Source: an uncultured Alphaproteobacteria bacterium (GTDB taxonomy: Bacteria > Pseudomonadota > Alphaproteobacteria > HIMB59). Taken from it: 64,000 nucleotides of DNA. The notes beneath the pieces are model-generated. The model saw only the letters and a list, made by a program, of their open reading frames with translations. It ran no database searches and had not been told where the DNA came from. Positions 1 to 10,706 of this stretch are shown piece by piece; the first letter of the stretch is position 1; the number at the start of each line of letters is the position of its first letter. The stretch lies in NCBI GenBank assembly GCA_964422765.1, contig CAYRCI010000001.1, positions 35,026 to 99,025 of the forward strand, read 5' to 3'. Made by a program: the position numbers and the translations under genes.

Positions 1-272
1 GTTACACTATTTTAAATCTCACCAACAGTGGACCCTTAGACTACACTCCGGAATATATAGTTCCCGATAACAAATATTTTTTCATGGGAGATAATAGAGA
101 TAACTCATCTGACAGTAGGGTAATGAGTGGAGTGGGATTTGTTCCGAAGGAAAATATAATTGGAAATGTATGGTTTATTTGGTTTTCAGTAGATACTGAT
201 TTTTCATTTACTAAGTTTTGGATGTTACCGTTCCATATTAGATATGATAGATTGTTTCAACTGATTAAATAA
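1..272 (+). CDS. lepB: Signal peptidase I, C-terminal part (5' end lies upstream of the window; reading frame 3)
   Basis: Frame 3 is open from the window edge and reads ...PDNKYFFMGDNRDNSSDSR...GFVPKENIIG. This is the GDNRxxSxDSR signature of type I signal peptidases. The M at 84 in the ORF track is internal. rnc follows, as in the common lepB-rnc arrangement. Confidence 0.85.
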   Translation, partial: YTILNLTNSGPLDYTPEYIVPDNKYFFMGDNRDNSSDSRVMSGVGFVPKENIIGNVWFIWFSVDTDFSFTKFWMLPFHIRYDRLFQLIK

Positions 273-279
273 AATAGTT

Positions 280-918
280 TTGGACGTAATTTCTACAATA
301 AAGAAAATTAAAAATTTTCAAGAAAGTCTTGAGCATGATAGTTTTGATAAGAATAATCCAAATTCAATTAAATCTTTTCAAAAATACGAATTTTTAGGTG
401 ATAGAGTATTAGGGCTTATTATATCGGAATACTTAATTCAAAAATTCAGAGGCAATAATCTCGATGAAATTTCTCGGAGATTTATTTACCTTGTAAGAAC
501 CGCAACATTATTCAAAATTTTTAAAAGCTCCAATTTAGATGAACTATTTAAACATAAACTTGACCCTCATTCTTATAAAAATAGTGTCTACGCAGATGCA
601 TTAGAATCCTTAATTGGTTTTTTATATATAGAAAAAGGTTTAGAATTCACAAAAAAAATTGTTCTAGAACTTTGGCAAGATGAACTTAATACATTGCCAG
701 ACAAGGATCCTAAAACTTTTATCCAAGAGTATTCTCAAAAAAAATACAAGACCATTCCAGTTTATAAGGTAATTGAAGAATCGGGAACTAAACACAAACC
801 ATTATTTAAAATATCATTATCTTTAAAAGAACTAACTGTATATGCCAGTGGCGTATCCAAACAGAAAGCCGAAGTTGCTGCAGCAAAAAAAATGGCAAAA
901 CTTATAGAGAATTCTTAA
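280..918 (+). CDS. rnc: Ribonuclease III
   Basis: RNase III signature region YEFLGDRVLGLIISEYL and ADALESLIGFLY. C-terminal dsRNA-binding domain (PKTFIQEY...PLFKISL...SKQKAEVAAAKKM). TTG start at 280. Confidence 0.9.
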   Translation: MDVISTIKKIKNFQESLEHDSFDKNNPNSIKSFQKYEFLGDRVLGLIISEYLIQKFRGNNLDEISRRFIYLVRTATLFKIFKSSNLDELFKHKLDPHSYKNSVYADALESLIGFLYIEKGLEFTKKIVLELWQDELNTLPDKDPKTFIQEYSQKKYKTIPVYKVIEESGTKHKPLFKISLSLKELTVYASGVSKQKAEVAAAKKMAKLIENS

Positions 919-921
919 ATA

Positions 922-1551
922 TTGAAAAATATCATTGGGTTAATAGTTAAAGTAGATAATTTTAAGGAAAACCATCTTTCAATATTTATTTATTCAAACT
1001 TAGTTGGGAAAAAGAGAATTGTTGTTTTTGGAGGTAAATCCAAAAAAAAAAATCCATCTTTTACTAAAGGGATTGTCGGAGAATTTGAAATTAATAAGGA
1101 TGAGGTTTGCGTAAACAATTCAGTTAAAGTTAATTTTAATTGGTTTTCTTTCAATAAATATCAACTTAAAACAATTGACTATTTTTGTTACATAATTGAA
1201 CGTTTATTAGTTGTAGAGGAAAAATCTTCTCAAGTAATAGATTTGTATAAAAGTTTGATTTCTAAGTTAAATGCAAATGATTTCTATTTACTAGAATTTC
1301 TAGCATTAGAGTTAGAAATTTTGAGAGTTGCCGGTTATCAACCTGATTTAAAAAAAAGTGTTGTAAATAAAATATTTAAGGAAACGCTTTTAAAAGAACA
1401 GTATGAAAATAAAGAGATAATTCAATTTATTTCGTCTGATGTCTCCATGCAAAAAGCTTTTTTTGTTTTTTTAGAAAAGGTGCTTCTAAGAGTCTTGATT
1501 AATTTAAATATTAAGCTACCTTTTTCGAGAAGTGAAACATTCAACTTTTAA
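922..1551 (+). CDS. recO: DNA repair protein RecO-like
   Basis: Sits directly after rnc. The N-terminus resembles the RecO OB-fold pattern (IGLIVKVDNFKENHLSIFIYS...GKKRIVVFGGKSKK). The sequence is very divergent, so the call is mostly positional. TTG start. Confidence 0.45.
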   Translation: MKNIIGLIVKVDNFKENHLSIFIYSNLVGKKRIVVFGGKSKKKNPSFTKGIVGEFEINKDEVCVNNSVKVNFNWFSFNKYQLKTIDYFCYIIERLLVVEEKSSQVIDLYKSLISKLNANDFYLLEFLALELEILRVAGYQPDLKKSVVNKIFKETLLKEQYENKEIIQFISSDVSMQKAFFVFLEKVLLRVLINLNIKLPFSRSETFNF

Positions 1552-1972
1552 TAAAACCATTTACATAGCTTCAGACCATGCAGGTTTTAAATTAAAAAAA
1601 TTAATTATAAGTGAATATTTTTTAAAAAAGGGTTTCCGTTTTGAAGACTTAGGACCTGAAAGTGATAATTCAGTTGACTACCCAAAATTTGCAAAAAAAC
1701 TTTGTAAAAAGATTAATACTAAAAGTATGGGAGTTTTAATTTGTGGCACTGGTATTGGAGTGAGTATTAGTGCAAATCGTTTTAAGCATATTCGAGCATC
1801 TTTGTGCCATAATGTGCAAACAGCAAAATTAACTAGAAAACATAATAACTCTAATGTTATCTGCTTACAGGGAAGACCTTTTGTAAAAAAAAATATATTT
1901 GCTATGCTCAATGCTTATTTTAAAACAGAATTTGATGGCGGCAGACACTTAAGGAGAATCAAACAACTATGA
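1532..1972 (+). CDS. rpiB: Ribose-5-phosphate isomerase B (RpiB/LacA family)
   Basis: [25 protein letters not shown] and a C-terminal GGRH motif are typical of RpiB. GTG start overlaps recO by 20 nt. Confidence 0.85.
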   Translation: MKHSTFNKTIYIASDHAGFKLKKLIISEYFLKKGFRFEDLGPESDNSVDYPKFAKKLCKKINTKSMGVLICGTGIGVSISANRFKHIRASLCHNVQTAKLTRKHNNSNVICLQGRPFVKKNIFAMLNAYFKTEFDGGRHLRRIKQL

Positions 1973-3246
1973 CATTAAAACAAAATTTTTTTTCACAAAA
2001 ATTAGAACAATCTGATACAGAATTATTTTCTAGCATATCAAAAGAACTTTTAAGACAACAAAATCAAATAGAATTAATTGCATCTGAAAATATTGTTTCA
2101 AAAGCAGTTCTTGAGGCACAAGGGTCTATAATGACTAATAAATACGCAGAGGGTTACAGCGCAAAACGTTATTATGGCGGATGTGAATTTGTTGATATAG
2201 CAGAAAATTTAGCAATTGACCGATTAAAAAAACTTTATGGTTGTGAATTCGCAAATGTCCAACCTCATTCAGGAGCTCAAGCCAATCAAGCAGTTTTCTT
2301 AGCACTAATCAAACCAGGAGATACAATCTTAGGTATGTCATTAGATGCTGGTGGTCACTTAACCCATGGTTCTCGCCCAAATCAATCTGGAAAATATTTC
2401 AATGCAATTCAATATGGCATTAATCCAGACACATCTCTGATTGATTATGATGTAGTTGAAAAATTAGCTTTAGAACACAAACCTGCCTTGATTATTGCCG
2501 GAGGTTCGGCATACCCTAGAGATATTAATTTTAAAAAATTCCGAGAAATTGCTGATAAAGTTAAGGCTTATCTTTTAGTCGATATGGCTCACTACTCTGG
2601 ATTAGTCGCTGCAAAGGAGTACCCTGATCCATTACCTCATGCTCATATAGTTACTTCGACAACCCACAAGACTATTCGAGGCCCAAGAGGAGGAATGATT
2701 TTAAGTAACGATTTAGAAATTGGAAAAAAAATTAATAGCGCAGTATTTCCTGGACTACAGGGGGGGCCATTAATGCATGTTATTGCTGCAAAGGCAGTCG
2801 CTTTTGGCGAAGCACTTCAACCTGAATTTAAAGATTATATTATTCAAGTTAAAAAAAATGCCAAAGTTTTAGGAGAAGTTTTAATGTCAAATGGCATAAA
2901 TATTGTTACGGGCGGTACTGACTCTCACATGATTTTAGTAGATTTGAGATCCAAAGGTGTTACTGGAAAAGATACCGAGGAAAGCTTAGAAAGAGCTGGA
3001 ATGACTTGTAATAAAAATGGAGTTGCAAACGACCCTAACCCTCCTACGATTACATCAGGTATCAGACTAGGTTCGCCTGCTGCAACCACAAGGGGCTTTA
3101 AAGAAGATGAGTTTAAATTCATTGGAGAAAAAATATCAATGATAATTAATTCATTATCTTCCTCTAATTCTGATATTTCAATGATTGAGAATTCAATAAA
3201 AAAAGAGGTTTTTGAACTTTGTTCAAAGTTCCCAATTTATCAGTAA
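1969..3246 (+). CDS. glyA: Serine hydroxymethyltransferase
   Basis: Full-length SHMT with [25 protein letters not shown] and the PLP-lysine motif [18 protein letters not shown] start/stop overlap with rpiB. Confidence 0.97.
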   Translation: MTLKQNFFSQKLEQSDTELFSSISKELLRQQNQIELIASENIVSKAVLEAQGSIMTNKYAEGYSAKRYYGGCEFVDIAENLAIDRLKKLYGCEFANVQPHSGAQANQAVFLALIKPGDTILGMSLDAGGHLTHGSRPNQSGKYFNAIQYGINPDTSLIDYDVVEKLALEHKPALIIAGGSAYPRDINFKKFREIADKVKAYLLVDMAHYSGLVAAKEYPDPLPHAHIVTSTTHKTIRGPRGGMILSNDLEIGKKINSAVFPGLQGGPLMHVIAAKAVAFGEALQPEFKDYIIQVKKNAKVLGEVLMSNGINIVTGGTDSHMILVDLRSKGVTGKDTEESLERAGMTCNKNGVANDPNPPTITSGIRLGSPAATTRGFKEDEFKFIGEKISMIINSLSSSNSDISMIENSIKKEVFELCSKFPIYQ

Positions 3247-3250
3247 CCAT

Positions 3251-3706
3251 ATGAAATGCCCATTTTGTAAAGAAAAGGAGACTTCAGTTCTAGACTCAAG
3301 ACCTACAGAAGACGGAGGAGTAATTCGAAGAAGAAGAATTTGTGGGTGTGAAAGAAAAGAAAGATTTACTACTTTTGAGAGAGTTCAATTTCGTGAGTTT
3401 CTTGTTGTGAAAAAAAATGGTGAAAAAACTATTTTTGATCGTGATAAAATTGCAAAATCGGTAGAACTTGCGCTTCGCAAAAGACCTGTCGACATTGATA
3501 CAAAAGAAAAATTAATTTCTAAGATAGTCAGAGATTTAGAGGGTATGGGGGAAAATGAAATTAGCACCAATGTAATTGGTGAAATGGTAATGCAAGGGTT
3601 GTATGCACTCGACAAAGTTGCTTATGTTCGTTTTGCCTCTGTTTATAGAGATTTTAGGGAAACTAAAGATTTTGAACAGTTCTTAGGAACACTAAGCAAA
3701 TCATAA
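3251..3706 (+). CDS. nrdR: Transcriptional repressor NrdR
   Basis: Zinc-ribbon N-terminus [18 protein letters not shown]...RRRRIC, followed by an ATP-cone. I place the start at the internal ATG 3251; the ORF-track start at 3212 would overlap glyA and add a non-homologous extension. Confidence 0.9.
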   Translation: MKCPFCKEKETSVLDSRPTEDGGVIRRRRICGCERKERFTTFERVQFREFLVVKKNGEKTIFDRDKIAKSVELALRKRPVDIDTKEKLISKIVRDLEGMGENEISTNVIGEMVMQGLYALDKVAYVRFASVYRDFRETKDFEQFLGTLSKS

Positions 3707-3707
3707 T

Positions 3708-4700
3708 TTGTTAAATCAATTTGATTTAAAATATTTAAAATCCGTAAATAATCTTTCATTTAAAAATCTTGGCCAGACAGGAGTTAATCCTTCTGTTGCA
3801 TGTCTGATTGTCGATTACAGCCATGAAAAACAAGGTATCATTATTAGCTCCGGATTAACTTCATTAAATGGAAGGCCGCATGCAGAATTCAACGCCCTAA
3901 ATAAAATTAAAAAAAGATCACTAAATAGAAATATTGTGATGTATGTAAGTTTAGAACCATGTTTTAAAAAAAAAACTTGTTGTGCAAGATTAATTAGCGC
4001 ATCTGGAATAAAAAAAGTAGTAATTGCATCAATCGATCCAAACCCCCAAGTTAAAAATCTAGGGATTGAATACCTTAGATCTTCTGGAGTAATGGTTGAA
4101 CTAGCTCAAAATAATTTAAATCAATTTAAAATTATTAACAAACAATTTTATTCTTTTCATACCAAGCATAGACCGTTTATAACTCTTAAATTGGCTATAA
4201 GTAAAAATGGCTATACTAAAAATTTTAAAGATAAGAATATTACTAGCTCAGATACTCAATATTTTTTACATAGGTTAAGGTTGGTTCATGACGCTATTGC
4301 GGTTGGATATAATACTGTAAAAGATGACTCGCCGAGATTAAATTGTAGGTTACAAGGTTTAGAAAAAAACCTAAAGAAGTTTTTGATATCTAGAAATAAT
4401 CAAACTATTCATGGTTATAAAACAATTAATATTTCAGAAATTAATTTTCCTAATGATTTTTATAATCTTTTAAAATCTAACAATGTACAAAGCCTGCTTA
4501 TTGAAGGAGGTCTTAAGACATTTATGTATTTTATTAATTGTAATTTATTTGATGAAGTTATAATTTGCCAATCAAATAAAAAAATAGAACAATCTAATAA
4601 AAAATTCATGATCGACTTTAAAATTTTTAGCAAAAAATTGAAAATGATTTCTTCTCAAAAATACGACGAGGATCAAATTCATATTTATAAAAATAAATAA
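3708..4700 (+). CDS. ribD: Bifunctional riboflavin biosynthesis deaminase/reductase RibD
   Basis: Cytidine-deaminase zinc motifs (GRPHAEFNAL; SLEPCFKKKTCCARLI) in the N-terminal half and a RibD C-terminal reductase-like half. Sits in a rib operon. TTG start. Confidence 0.8.
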   Translation: MLNQFDLKYLKSVNNLSFKNLGQTGVNPSVACLIVDYSHEKQGIIISSGLTSLNGRPHAEFNALNKIKKRSLNRNIVMYVSLEPCFKKKTCCARLISASGIKKVVIASIDPNPQVKNLGIEYLRSSGVMVELAQNNLNQFKIINKQFYSFHTKHRPFITLKLAISKNGYTKNFKDKNITSSDTQYFLHRLRLVHDAIAVGYNTVKDDSPRLNCRLQGLEKNLKKFLISRNNQTIHGYKTINISEINFPNDFYNLLKSNNVQSLLIEGGLKTFMYFINCNLFDEVIICQSNKKIEQSNKKFMIDFKIFSKKLKMISSQKYDEDQIHIYKNK

Positions 4701-4702
4701 TT

Positions 4703-5281
4703 ATGTTTAGCGGAATAATTCAGTCTCAAGGTAAGATTATTAAAATTAAGAAATATGATAATTTTTGCAATATCGAAGTACATTCTAATTTAGTTGGGTA
4801 CAACTTAGGATCTTCTATTGCCTGTTCAGGAATATGTTTAACTGTTACATCCAAAAGTCAAAAAAAATTTACTGCTGATTTATCATACGAAACCCTCAAT
4901 AAAACAAATGCGAAATATTGGGTTTTAGGAAAAAAAATAAATTTAGAAAATTCACTTAGAATTGGTGATGAGGTATCAGGTCATTTTGTATTTGGACATG
5001 TAGACTCTACATGTCAATTGGTTTCAAAGTCTAAAGTGGGGAAGAGTTGGGTGCTTGTCTTTAAATTTCCGTTTAATTTAAAAAAATTTATAACCAAGAA
5101 AGGTTCTGTTGCAATCAATGGGATTTCATTGACGGTTAATAGGGTTACACGTAATACTTTTGAATGTACAATAATTCCTCATACTTATAAAAATACCGAT
5201 ATTCACACCTATAATGAAAATGAAATTATTAATTTAGAGGTTGATATGTTAGCTAGATATGCTCATTATTCAAAAAAATAG
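4703..5281 (+). CDS. ribE: Riboflavin synthase (alpha chain)
   Basis: MFSGIIQSQGKI N-terminus and the duplicated lumazine-binding repeats (GSSIACSGICLTV / GSVAINGISLTV). Confidence 0.88.
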   Translation: MFSGIIQSQGKIIKIKKYDNFCNIEVHSNLVGYNLGSSIACSGICLTVTSKSQKKFTADLSYETLNKTNAKYWVLGKKINLENSLRIGDEVSGHFVFGHVDSTCQLVSKSKVGKSWVLVFKFPFNLKKFITKKGSVAINGISLTVNRVTRNTFECTIIPHTYKNTDIHTYNENEIINLEVDMLARYAHYSKK

Positions 5282-5283
5282 AA

Positions 5284-6357
5284 ATGAAACAATTTTCCAA
5301 CATTGAAGATATTATTAAGGATGCACAAAATGGGAAAATGTACATTCTTGTAGATAGTGAAGATAGAGAAAATGAAGGTGATTTAATTATTCCCGCATCT
5401 TTGTGTGAAGCAAAACATATAAATTTCATGGCCACTTATGGAAGGGGATTGATTTGCCTTTCAATTACAGAAACAAGAGCTCGAGACCTAAAATTACCAT
5501 TAATGAATCCTGATAACTGGAAAAAAAAAACTACTGCTTTTACAATATCCATAGAGTCCAGTAAAAACATTACAACCGGAATATCTGCTCATGACCGAGC
5601 TGAAACTGTAAGAGCTGCAATCAACCCTCAATTTAGGCAGGGTGATATAGTTAGCCCTGGCCATATATTTCCACTAATTGCATGGGATGGGGGTGTGCTA
5701 ACCCGAGCAGGGCACACAGAGGCAGCGGTCGACATTTCAAAATTAGCTGGTTTAGATGAATCTGCGGTTATTTGTGAGATTATGAACGATGACGGATCAA
5801 TGGCACGCGTGCCTGATTTACTTCCTTATGCTGAAAAACACAATTTAAACATAGGTACGATTCAAGACTTAATTGCCTATCGAATAAAGAATGATATTCT
5901 CATAAAAAAAATTCCTGAAAAAAATCATCAAATAAAGAATATTTACTCAAATGATTTTGAGTTTAATATTTTTGAAAATACACTAGATGGATTACGTCAC
6001 GCAACTCTTCATTTAGGGGAATTAAAAAAAGAAAAATCTGTTATGACTAGAGTCCATCCTGTTCAAGGTTTTGATGACGTGATTATGAATTTTAATAATC
6101 CTAAAACTAAAGACCTGCATGCTTCGCTTGATAAGATTAAGTCAAATGGTTCAGGTATTATTGTGTTAATAAATAGCCCTATTTTAAACGATCTGGGTGA
6201 ATTGCCAAATGATGAAAAAATTAAATATTATGGACTAGGTGCACAAATACTTAAAAACTTTTCAATTAATGACATAACTGTTCTATCTAATTCCTATGAT
6301 CAAAAACTGGATTTAGGTATTTATGGTTTAAATGTAAGTAAAATCGAAAAAATATAG
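5284..6357 (+). CDS. ribB: 3,4-dihydroxy-2-butanone-4-phosphate synthase fused to a degenerate GTP cyclohydrolase II-like domain
   Basis: The N-terminal half has DHBP synthase motifs (DRENEGDLIIPA, TRAGHTEAAVD). The C-terminal half aligns with RibA (RVHP..., YGLGAQILKNF...) but lacks the zinc cysteines; see findings. Confidence 0.85.
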   Translation: MKQFSNIEDIIKDAQNGKMYILVDSEDRENEGDLIIPASLCEAKHINFMATYGRGLICLSITETRARDLKLPLMNPDNWKKKTTAFTISIESSKNITTGISAHDRAETVRAAINPQFRQGDIVSPGHIFPLIAWDGGVLTRAGHTEAAVDISKLAGLDESAVICEIMNDDGSMARVPDLLPYAEKHNLNIGTIQDLIAYRIKNDILIKKIPEKNHQIKNIYSNDFEFNIFENTLDGLRHATLHLGELKKEKSVMTRVHPVQGFDDVIMNFNNPKTKDLHASLDKIKSNGSGIIVLINSPILNDLGELPNDEKIKYYGLGAQILKNFSINDITVLSNSYDQKLDLGIYGLNVSKIEKI

Positions 6358-6358
6358 A

Positions 6359-6787
6359 ATGTCAAAAAACCCAAATATAAAAATCATAGTTGCTGATTAT
6401 TATAAAGATATTTCGAAAAACCTTACATCCTCAGCAGTTGAAATATTAAAACATAATAAATTAAGTTATGAAATTATTCCTGTACCGGGTGTTTATGAAA
6501 TACCTCAAATGATTAAATGGCAAATTAAAGATAAAGGTATGAATTGTTTTCTAGCTCTTGGATGTGTGATTAAAGGAGACACTTATCATTTTGAAGTTAT
6601 TTCTGATTCTGTTGGAAAAGCACTTTTGGATTTGGTTAAGGACAATAAACGGACTCTTATAGCAAACGGTATCATTAACTCTTATAATATGACTCAAGCT
6701 AAAAAGCGCTCTCAAATGAATTCATCTAAAAATAAAGGATTCGAAGCGGCTAGTGCTATGGTTAAAATGATACAATGTTTAATTTAA
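6359..6787 (+). CDS. ribH: 6,7-dimethyl-8-ribityllumazine synthase
   Basis: Size, operon position and the PGVYEIP and ALGCVIKGDTYHFE motifs match RibH. Confidence 0.85.
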   Translation: MSKNPNIKIIVADYYKDISKNLTSSAVEILKHNKLSYEIIPVPGVYEIPQMIKWQIKDKGMNCFLALGCVIKGDTYHFEVISDSVGKALLDLVKDNKRTLIANGIINSYNMTQAKKRSQMNSSKNKGFEAASAMVKMIQCLI

Positions 6788-7161
6788 ATAAAAATACTCG
6801 ACTTTTTTTCTTTCAGTTTATTTTTCAAAGAAACTATAGTGAGGACTTTGAAATAGATGAGTTTATTAAAAAAAATCTCAAAAAAAGACCGCTAAATAAG
6901 AAAAAGCTTATTTCAATGAATAATTGTTTTAATGAAAATATTGATGAAATTAAAGGCCTCATTGATAAACAAACATTAGAAAAAACCAATAAAATAAGCA
7001 TTTTTTTAATTTATGCTTATATTTCAGAGTATTTATTAGATAAATCAAAAAAAAAAATACTAATGGGCGAGTATATTAAGCTTTCAAAAGATTTTTTAAC
7101 TCCAGATGAAGTAAAATATTTCAATTTTTTGCTCGATAGTGTAGCTAAAAAAGCGCCTTGA
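6775..7161 (+). CDS. nusB: Transcription antitermination factor NusB (divergent)
   Basis: Conserved position after ribH. The C-terminal pattern ...YISEYLLD....GEYIKLSKDF......YFNFLLDSVAKK resembles the NusB consensus (yEl...inEav.lak.f...fvNgvLd). Weak overall similarity. Confidence 0.55.
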   Translation: MFNLNKNTRLFFFQFIFQRNYSEDFEIDEFIKKNLKKRPLNKKKLISMNNCFNENIDEIKGLIDKQTLEKTNKISIFLIYAYISEYLLDKSKKKILMGEYIKLSKDFLTPDEVKYFNFLLDSVAKKAP

Positions 7162-7192
7162 AAAAAAAATTAAAATAGAGTAACTACCTACC

Positions 7193-9316
7193 ATGTCTCA
7201 AATACATCTTTTACAATTAGTTTTATTCGCTGCGGTTGCAGCAATAATTTTTGGTTTATTTACCACATACAAAATTCTTAACATGGATCAAGGTACAAAG
7301 AAAATGATCCAAATTGCAAGTGCTATCCAAGAGGGAGCGAAAGCATACTTAAATCGTCAATATACAACTATTGCGATTGTAGGTGCTGTGATTTTTATTG
7401 GTTTCTTTTTTATTCCTTTTGAAAACAAATTTGATGTTCCAGTTGGTTTTTTTATTGGAGCATTTTTATCTGGATTAGCAGGATATATAGGAATGAATGT
7501 TTCTGTTAGAGCCAATGTAATCACTGCTCAAGCCTCTAGCGTTTCTTTAAAAAAAGGACTATCAGTTGCTTTTAATGCTGGTTCAGTTACTGGTTTATTG
7601 GTTGTTGGTTTGGCACTTGCTGGCATTGCAGGTTATTTTTACTATCTCTATTTTGGCTTAGGAAGAGAAGGAAGAGAATTAATAGAGCCTTTAGTGGCAT
7701 TAGGTTTTGGATCTTCCTTAATTTCAATATTTGCAAGACTAGGCGGAGGAATCTTTACAAAGGGTGCGGACGTTGGTGCTGATTTAGTGGGAAAAGTAGA
7801 GAAGGATATTCCTGAAGATGATCCAAGAAACCCAGCTGTTATAGCAGATAACGTAGGAGACAATGTAGGAGATTGTGCTGGAATGGCTGCCGATTTATTT
7901 GAGACATATGTCGTTTCCATCGTTGCAACAATGGTTCTTGCAATTATCTTTCAAGGCAGTGTCACTGACCTTACTATTTATCCCCTTCTAATTGCTGGTT
8001 CTAGTATCTTTGCATCCATCATCGGTTCACAATTTGTATTTATCTCAGGACCAAAATCTTCAATCATGGGCGCTTTATATAAAGGCTTTTTTGCAACCTT
8101 GGGTGTATCAGTATTTCTTTTTGCTTTAATCACTCATTTCGCAATTGGATTTGATAAATATATCACAGTAGGTAGTAACTTTTACACCGGTATGGATTTA
8201 TTCCTCTGTGCTGTTTATGGTTTAATCATCACTTTAGCGATCGTTTTTGTAACTGAATACTATACTAGTACTGAGTACAGACCTGTTAGAAGTGTAGCCG
8301 AAGCTTCTAAAACTGGTCATGCAACCAATATTATTCAAGGTTTAGCGATGGGTATGGAATCTACAGCGGTTCCTGTGCTTATTATCGTTGCTGGTATTGG
8401 TGTTACTTACGCTACTGCAGGATTATTTGGTATTGCTATTGCAGTTACTTCAATGCTTGCCCTAGCTGGTATGGTTGTTGCTTTAGATGCTTATGGCCCA
8501 GTGACTGATAATGCTGGCGGTATCGCAGAAATGGCTGGTCTAAAAAAGAGTGTTAGAACAGTAACTGACGCGCTGGATGCAGTGGGTAATACTACCAAAG
8601 CTGTTACTAAAGGTTATGCAATTGGCTCAGCTGGCTTAGGTGCGCTTGTACTTTTTGCAGCTTATACGGAAGATCTAAAATACTTTAAACAAGCAACTGG
8701 TAACTCTGCATTTGATGTATCATTCGATCTTTCACAACCATATGTGATTATTGGTTTGCTACTAGGTGGACTACTTCCTTATTTATTCAGTGCTTTAAGC
8801 ATGACTGCTGTGGGAAGAGCTGCTGGAGCTGTTGTTGTTGAAGTAAGACAGCAATTTAAAGACAAAAAAGAAATTATGTCTGGTAAAGATAAGCCCGACT
8901 ATGGAAGATGTGTGGACATTCTAACTAAAGCGGCTATTAAAGAAATGATTATTCCATCTCTACTCCCTGTTTTATCTCCTATTGTAGTTTTCTTTGGAGT
9001 TTTTTATCTAACAGGAAGTGTCAACACAGCATTTCAAACTCTTGGCGCGTTGTTGATTGGTGTAATTGTAACAGGTTTCTTTGTTGCTATTTCTATGACC
9101 GCAGGTGGTGGTGCGTGGGATAATGCCAAAAAATATATTGAAGATGGAAACCTTGGTGGCAAGGGTAGTGAAACTCATAAGGCATCCGTAACCGGAGATA
9201 CAGTAGGTGATCCTTATAAAGATACTGCCGGTCCTGCTGTTAACCCAATGATAAAAATTACGAATATCGTATCAATACTTTTATTATCAATTGTTGTTCA
9301 CTTAGGAATAATTTAA
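7193..9316 (+). CDS. hppA: Membrane-bound H+-translocating pyrophosphatase (K+-independent type)
   Basis: A 707-aa polytopic protein with [39 protein letters not shown] and [21 protein letters not shown]. The GNTTKA motif (Lys rather than Ala) is the known determinant of K+-independence. Confidence 0.95.
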   Translation: MSQIHLLQLVLFAAVAAIIFGLFTTYKILNMDQGTKKMIQIASAIQEGAKAYLNRQYTTIAIVGAVIFIGFFFIPFENKFDVPVGFFIGAFLSGLAGYIGMNVSVRANVITAQASSVSLKKGLSVAFNAGSVTGLLVVGLALAGIAGYFYYLYFGLGREGRELIEPLVALGFGSSLISIFARLGGGIFTKGADVGADLVGKVEKDIPEDDPRNPAVIADNVGDNVGDCAGMAADLFETYVVSIVATMVLAIIFQGSVTDLTIYPLLIAGSSIFASIIGSQFVFISGPKSSIMGALYKGFFATLGVSVFLFALITHFAIGFDKYITVGSNFYTGMDLFLCAVYGLIITLAIVFVTEYYTSTEYRPVRSVAEASKTGHATNIIQGLAMGMESTAVPVLIIVAGIGVTYATAGLFGIAIAVTSMLALAGMVVALDAYGPVTDNAGGIAEMAGLKKSVRTVTDALDAVGNTTKAVTKGYAIGSAGLGALVLFAAYTEDLKYFKQATGNSAFDVSFDLSQPYVIIGLLLGGLLPYLFSALSMTAVGRAAGAVVVEVRQQFKDKKEIMSGKDKPDYGRCVDILTKAAIKEMIIPSLLPVLSPIVVFFGVFYLTGSVNTAFQTLGALLIGVIVTGFFVAISMTAGGGAWDNAKKYIEDGNLGGKGSETHKASVTGDTVGDPYKDTAGPAVNPMIKITNIVSILLLSIVVHLGII

Positions 9317-9645
9317 TTTACATTAATTTCTTCAACAGATCTTAAAACATTTTTTTCAAACTTTAGTTTTAAGGTCTTGTTGTAGATAGTTTTTTTGAAC
9401 GAAGCATTACCTTGTTCTTTAACCAGATTGTAAATCCATAAGTTTCCTGAATTCTCTTGAACTAGAGGGGAACCAATTAACTTCGCAATATCTTCTTTAG
9501 TGTATTCTTGAGATTGATAGTTTTGTTTAATTTCGTTTAAACTATTTTCTGAAACCCCTGAAAAATATAATTCCTTAGAGCAACTATTGAGAAATATGGC
9601 AAAAAATAGACTTATAACTAATACATAACCTTTTAACATATTCAC
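9313..9645 (-). CDS. bamE: Outer-membrane lipoprotein, BamE/SmpA/OmlA-like
   Basis: Signal peptide with lipobox FLNSC. Small size. The motif [22 protein letters not shown] resembles the SmpA/OmlA domain. Its stop shares a TTAA tetranucleotide with the hppA stop. Confidence 0.6.
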   Translation of the reverse strand: MNMLKGYVLVISLFFAIFLNSCSKELYFSGVSENSLNEIKQNYQSQEYTKEDIAKLIGSPLVQENSGNLWIYNLVKEQGNASFKKTIYNKTLKLKFEKNVLRSVEEINVN

Positions 9646-9701
9646 AATAAAAACAAATAAGGTATAAGGTTGTTGAAAGCAATATTAATAATTTATTTTT
9701 T

Positions 9702-10706
9702 ATGAATAAAATAATCGTTAACTTAGATTTACACGGGGGAGACTTCGCACCTATATCGGTAATTGAAGGAGCAAGGATTGCTCTAACAAAATATAACAAT
9801 CTAATGTTTAGATTTCATGCTCATCAATCTACTTATAATCAATATTATAAAATTTATTCAGATATATTTGAAAAAAGTGAGTGGATCGAAAGTGAGAACT
9901 TTATTCCTGCTACCATGAAACCCAGCGAAGCGTTAAAAAAAGAAAATAGAAAAAGTTCAATGTCCAATGCTATCGCTTCGCTGAAAGACAATAAAGATCA
10001 AATAACTGTATCTGCAGGCAATACAGGAGCTATGTTAGCTTATTCTACAGTGTATCTTCGAACCATCGAGAATATCTCTAGACCCGCAATTGCTTCACTC
10101 TTCCCCTCTAAATTACATCCTGTTTGTTTTTTAGATTTAGGCGCTAATTCTGAATGCGATGCAAAAAATCTTCATGACTTTGCTTTAATGGGTAGTACTT
10201 ATTATAAAATTTTATATCCAAATGCTGATTGTAAGGTTTCCCTATTAAATATTGGATCGGAGGAATTAAAAGGCAATAAGACAATTCAAGAAGCAAATGA
10301 ACTTTTAAAAAATGATAACAATATCAATTATCAAGGATTTATTGAGGCGAATGAAATTACATCTACTGATAAACATATTATTGTTACTGATGGTTTTTCT
10401 GGAAATATAGCTCTCAAAACTGCTGAAGGTATTTCTGAATTCATCACCAGTTCTCTTAAAAATAATTTAACTACATCTTTTTATTCTAAATTTTTATCTT
10501 TTTTATTAAAAAATAATTTTAAAAAATTCAAAAATTCTATTGATCCAAGAAATTTTAATGGAGGCATCTTTATTGGAGTAAATGGAATTGTTATAAAAAG
10601 CCACGGAAATGCCGATTCACATTCTTATGCGAATGCAATAGATTTTGGAATTAAATGTATTAAAGCAGATTTATTAAACCAAATAAAAAAAAATGTCTCA
10701 AGATAA
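9702..10706 (+). CDS. plsX: Phosphate acyltransferase PlsX
   Basis: N-terminal DLHGGDFAP, SAGNTGA, and the DGFSGNIALKTAEG and IKSHGNAD motifs of PlsX. Confidence 0.9.
   Translation: MNKIIVNLDLHGGDFAPISVIEGARIALTKYNNLMFRFHAHQSTYNQYYKIYSDIFEKSEWIESENFIPATMKPSEALKKENRKSSMSNAIASLKDNKDQITVSAGNTGAMLAYSTVYLRTIENISRPAIASLFPSKLHPVCFLDLGANSECDAKNLHDFALMGSTYYKILYPNADCKVSLLNIGSEELKGNKTIQEANELLKNDNNINYQGFIEANEITSTDKHIIVTDGFSGNIALKTAEGISEFITSSLKNNLTTSFYSKFLSFLLKNNFKKFKNSIDPRNFNGGIFIGVNGIVIKSHGNADSHSYANAIDFGIKCIKADLLNQIKKNVSR

Noticed and set aside
918-922. Absence of era between rnc and recO, where lepB-rnc-era-recO is common.
   Set aside because: This cannot be evaluated without the rest of the genome; era is probably encoded elsewhere. 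It is not evidence of anything unusual by itself.
3212-3250. N-terminal extensions implied by the longest-ORF track: nrdR 3212, FAH 14745, thiQ 44737, csp 46346, bhmT 48988 and etfA 56695.
   Set aside because: In each case an internal ATG with better RBS spacing gives the N-terminus typical of the family, and the extension overlaps the upstream gene. I used the shorter models.
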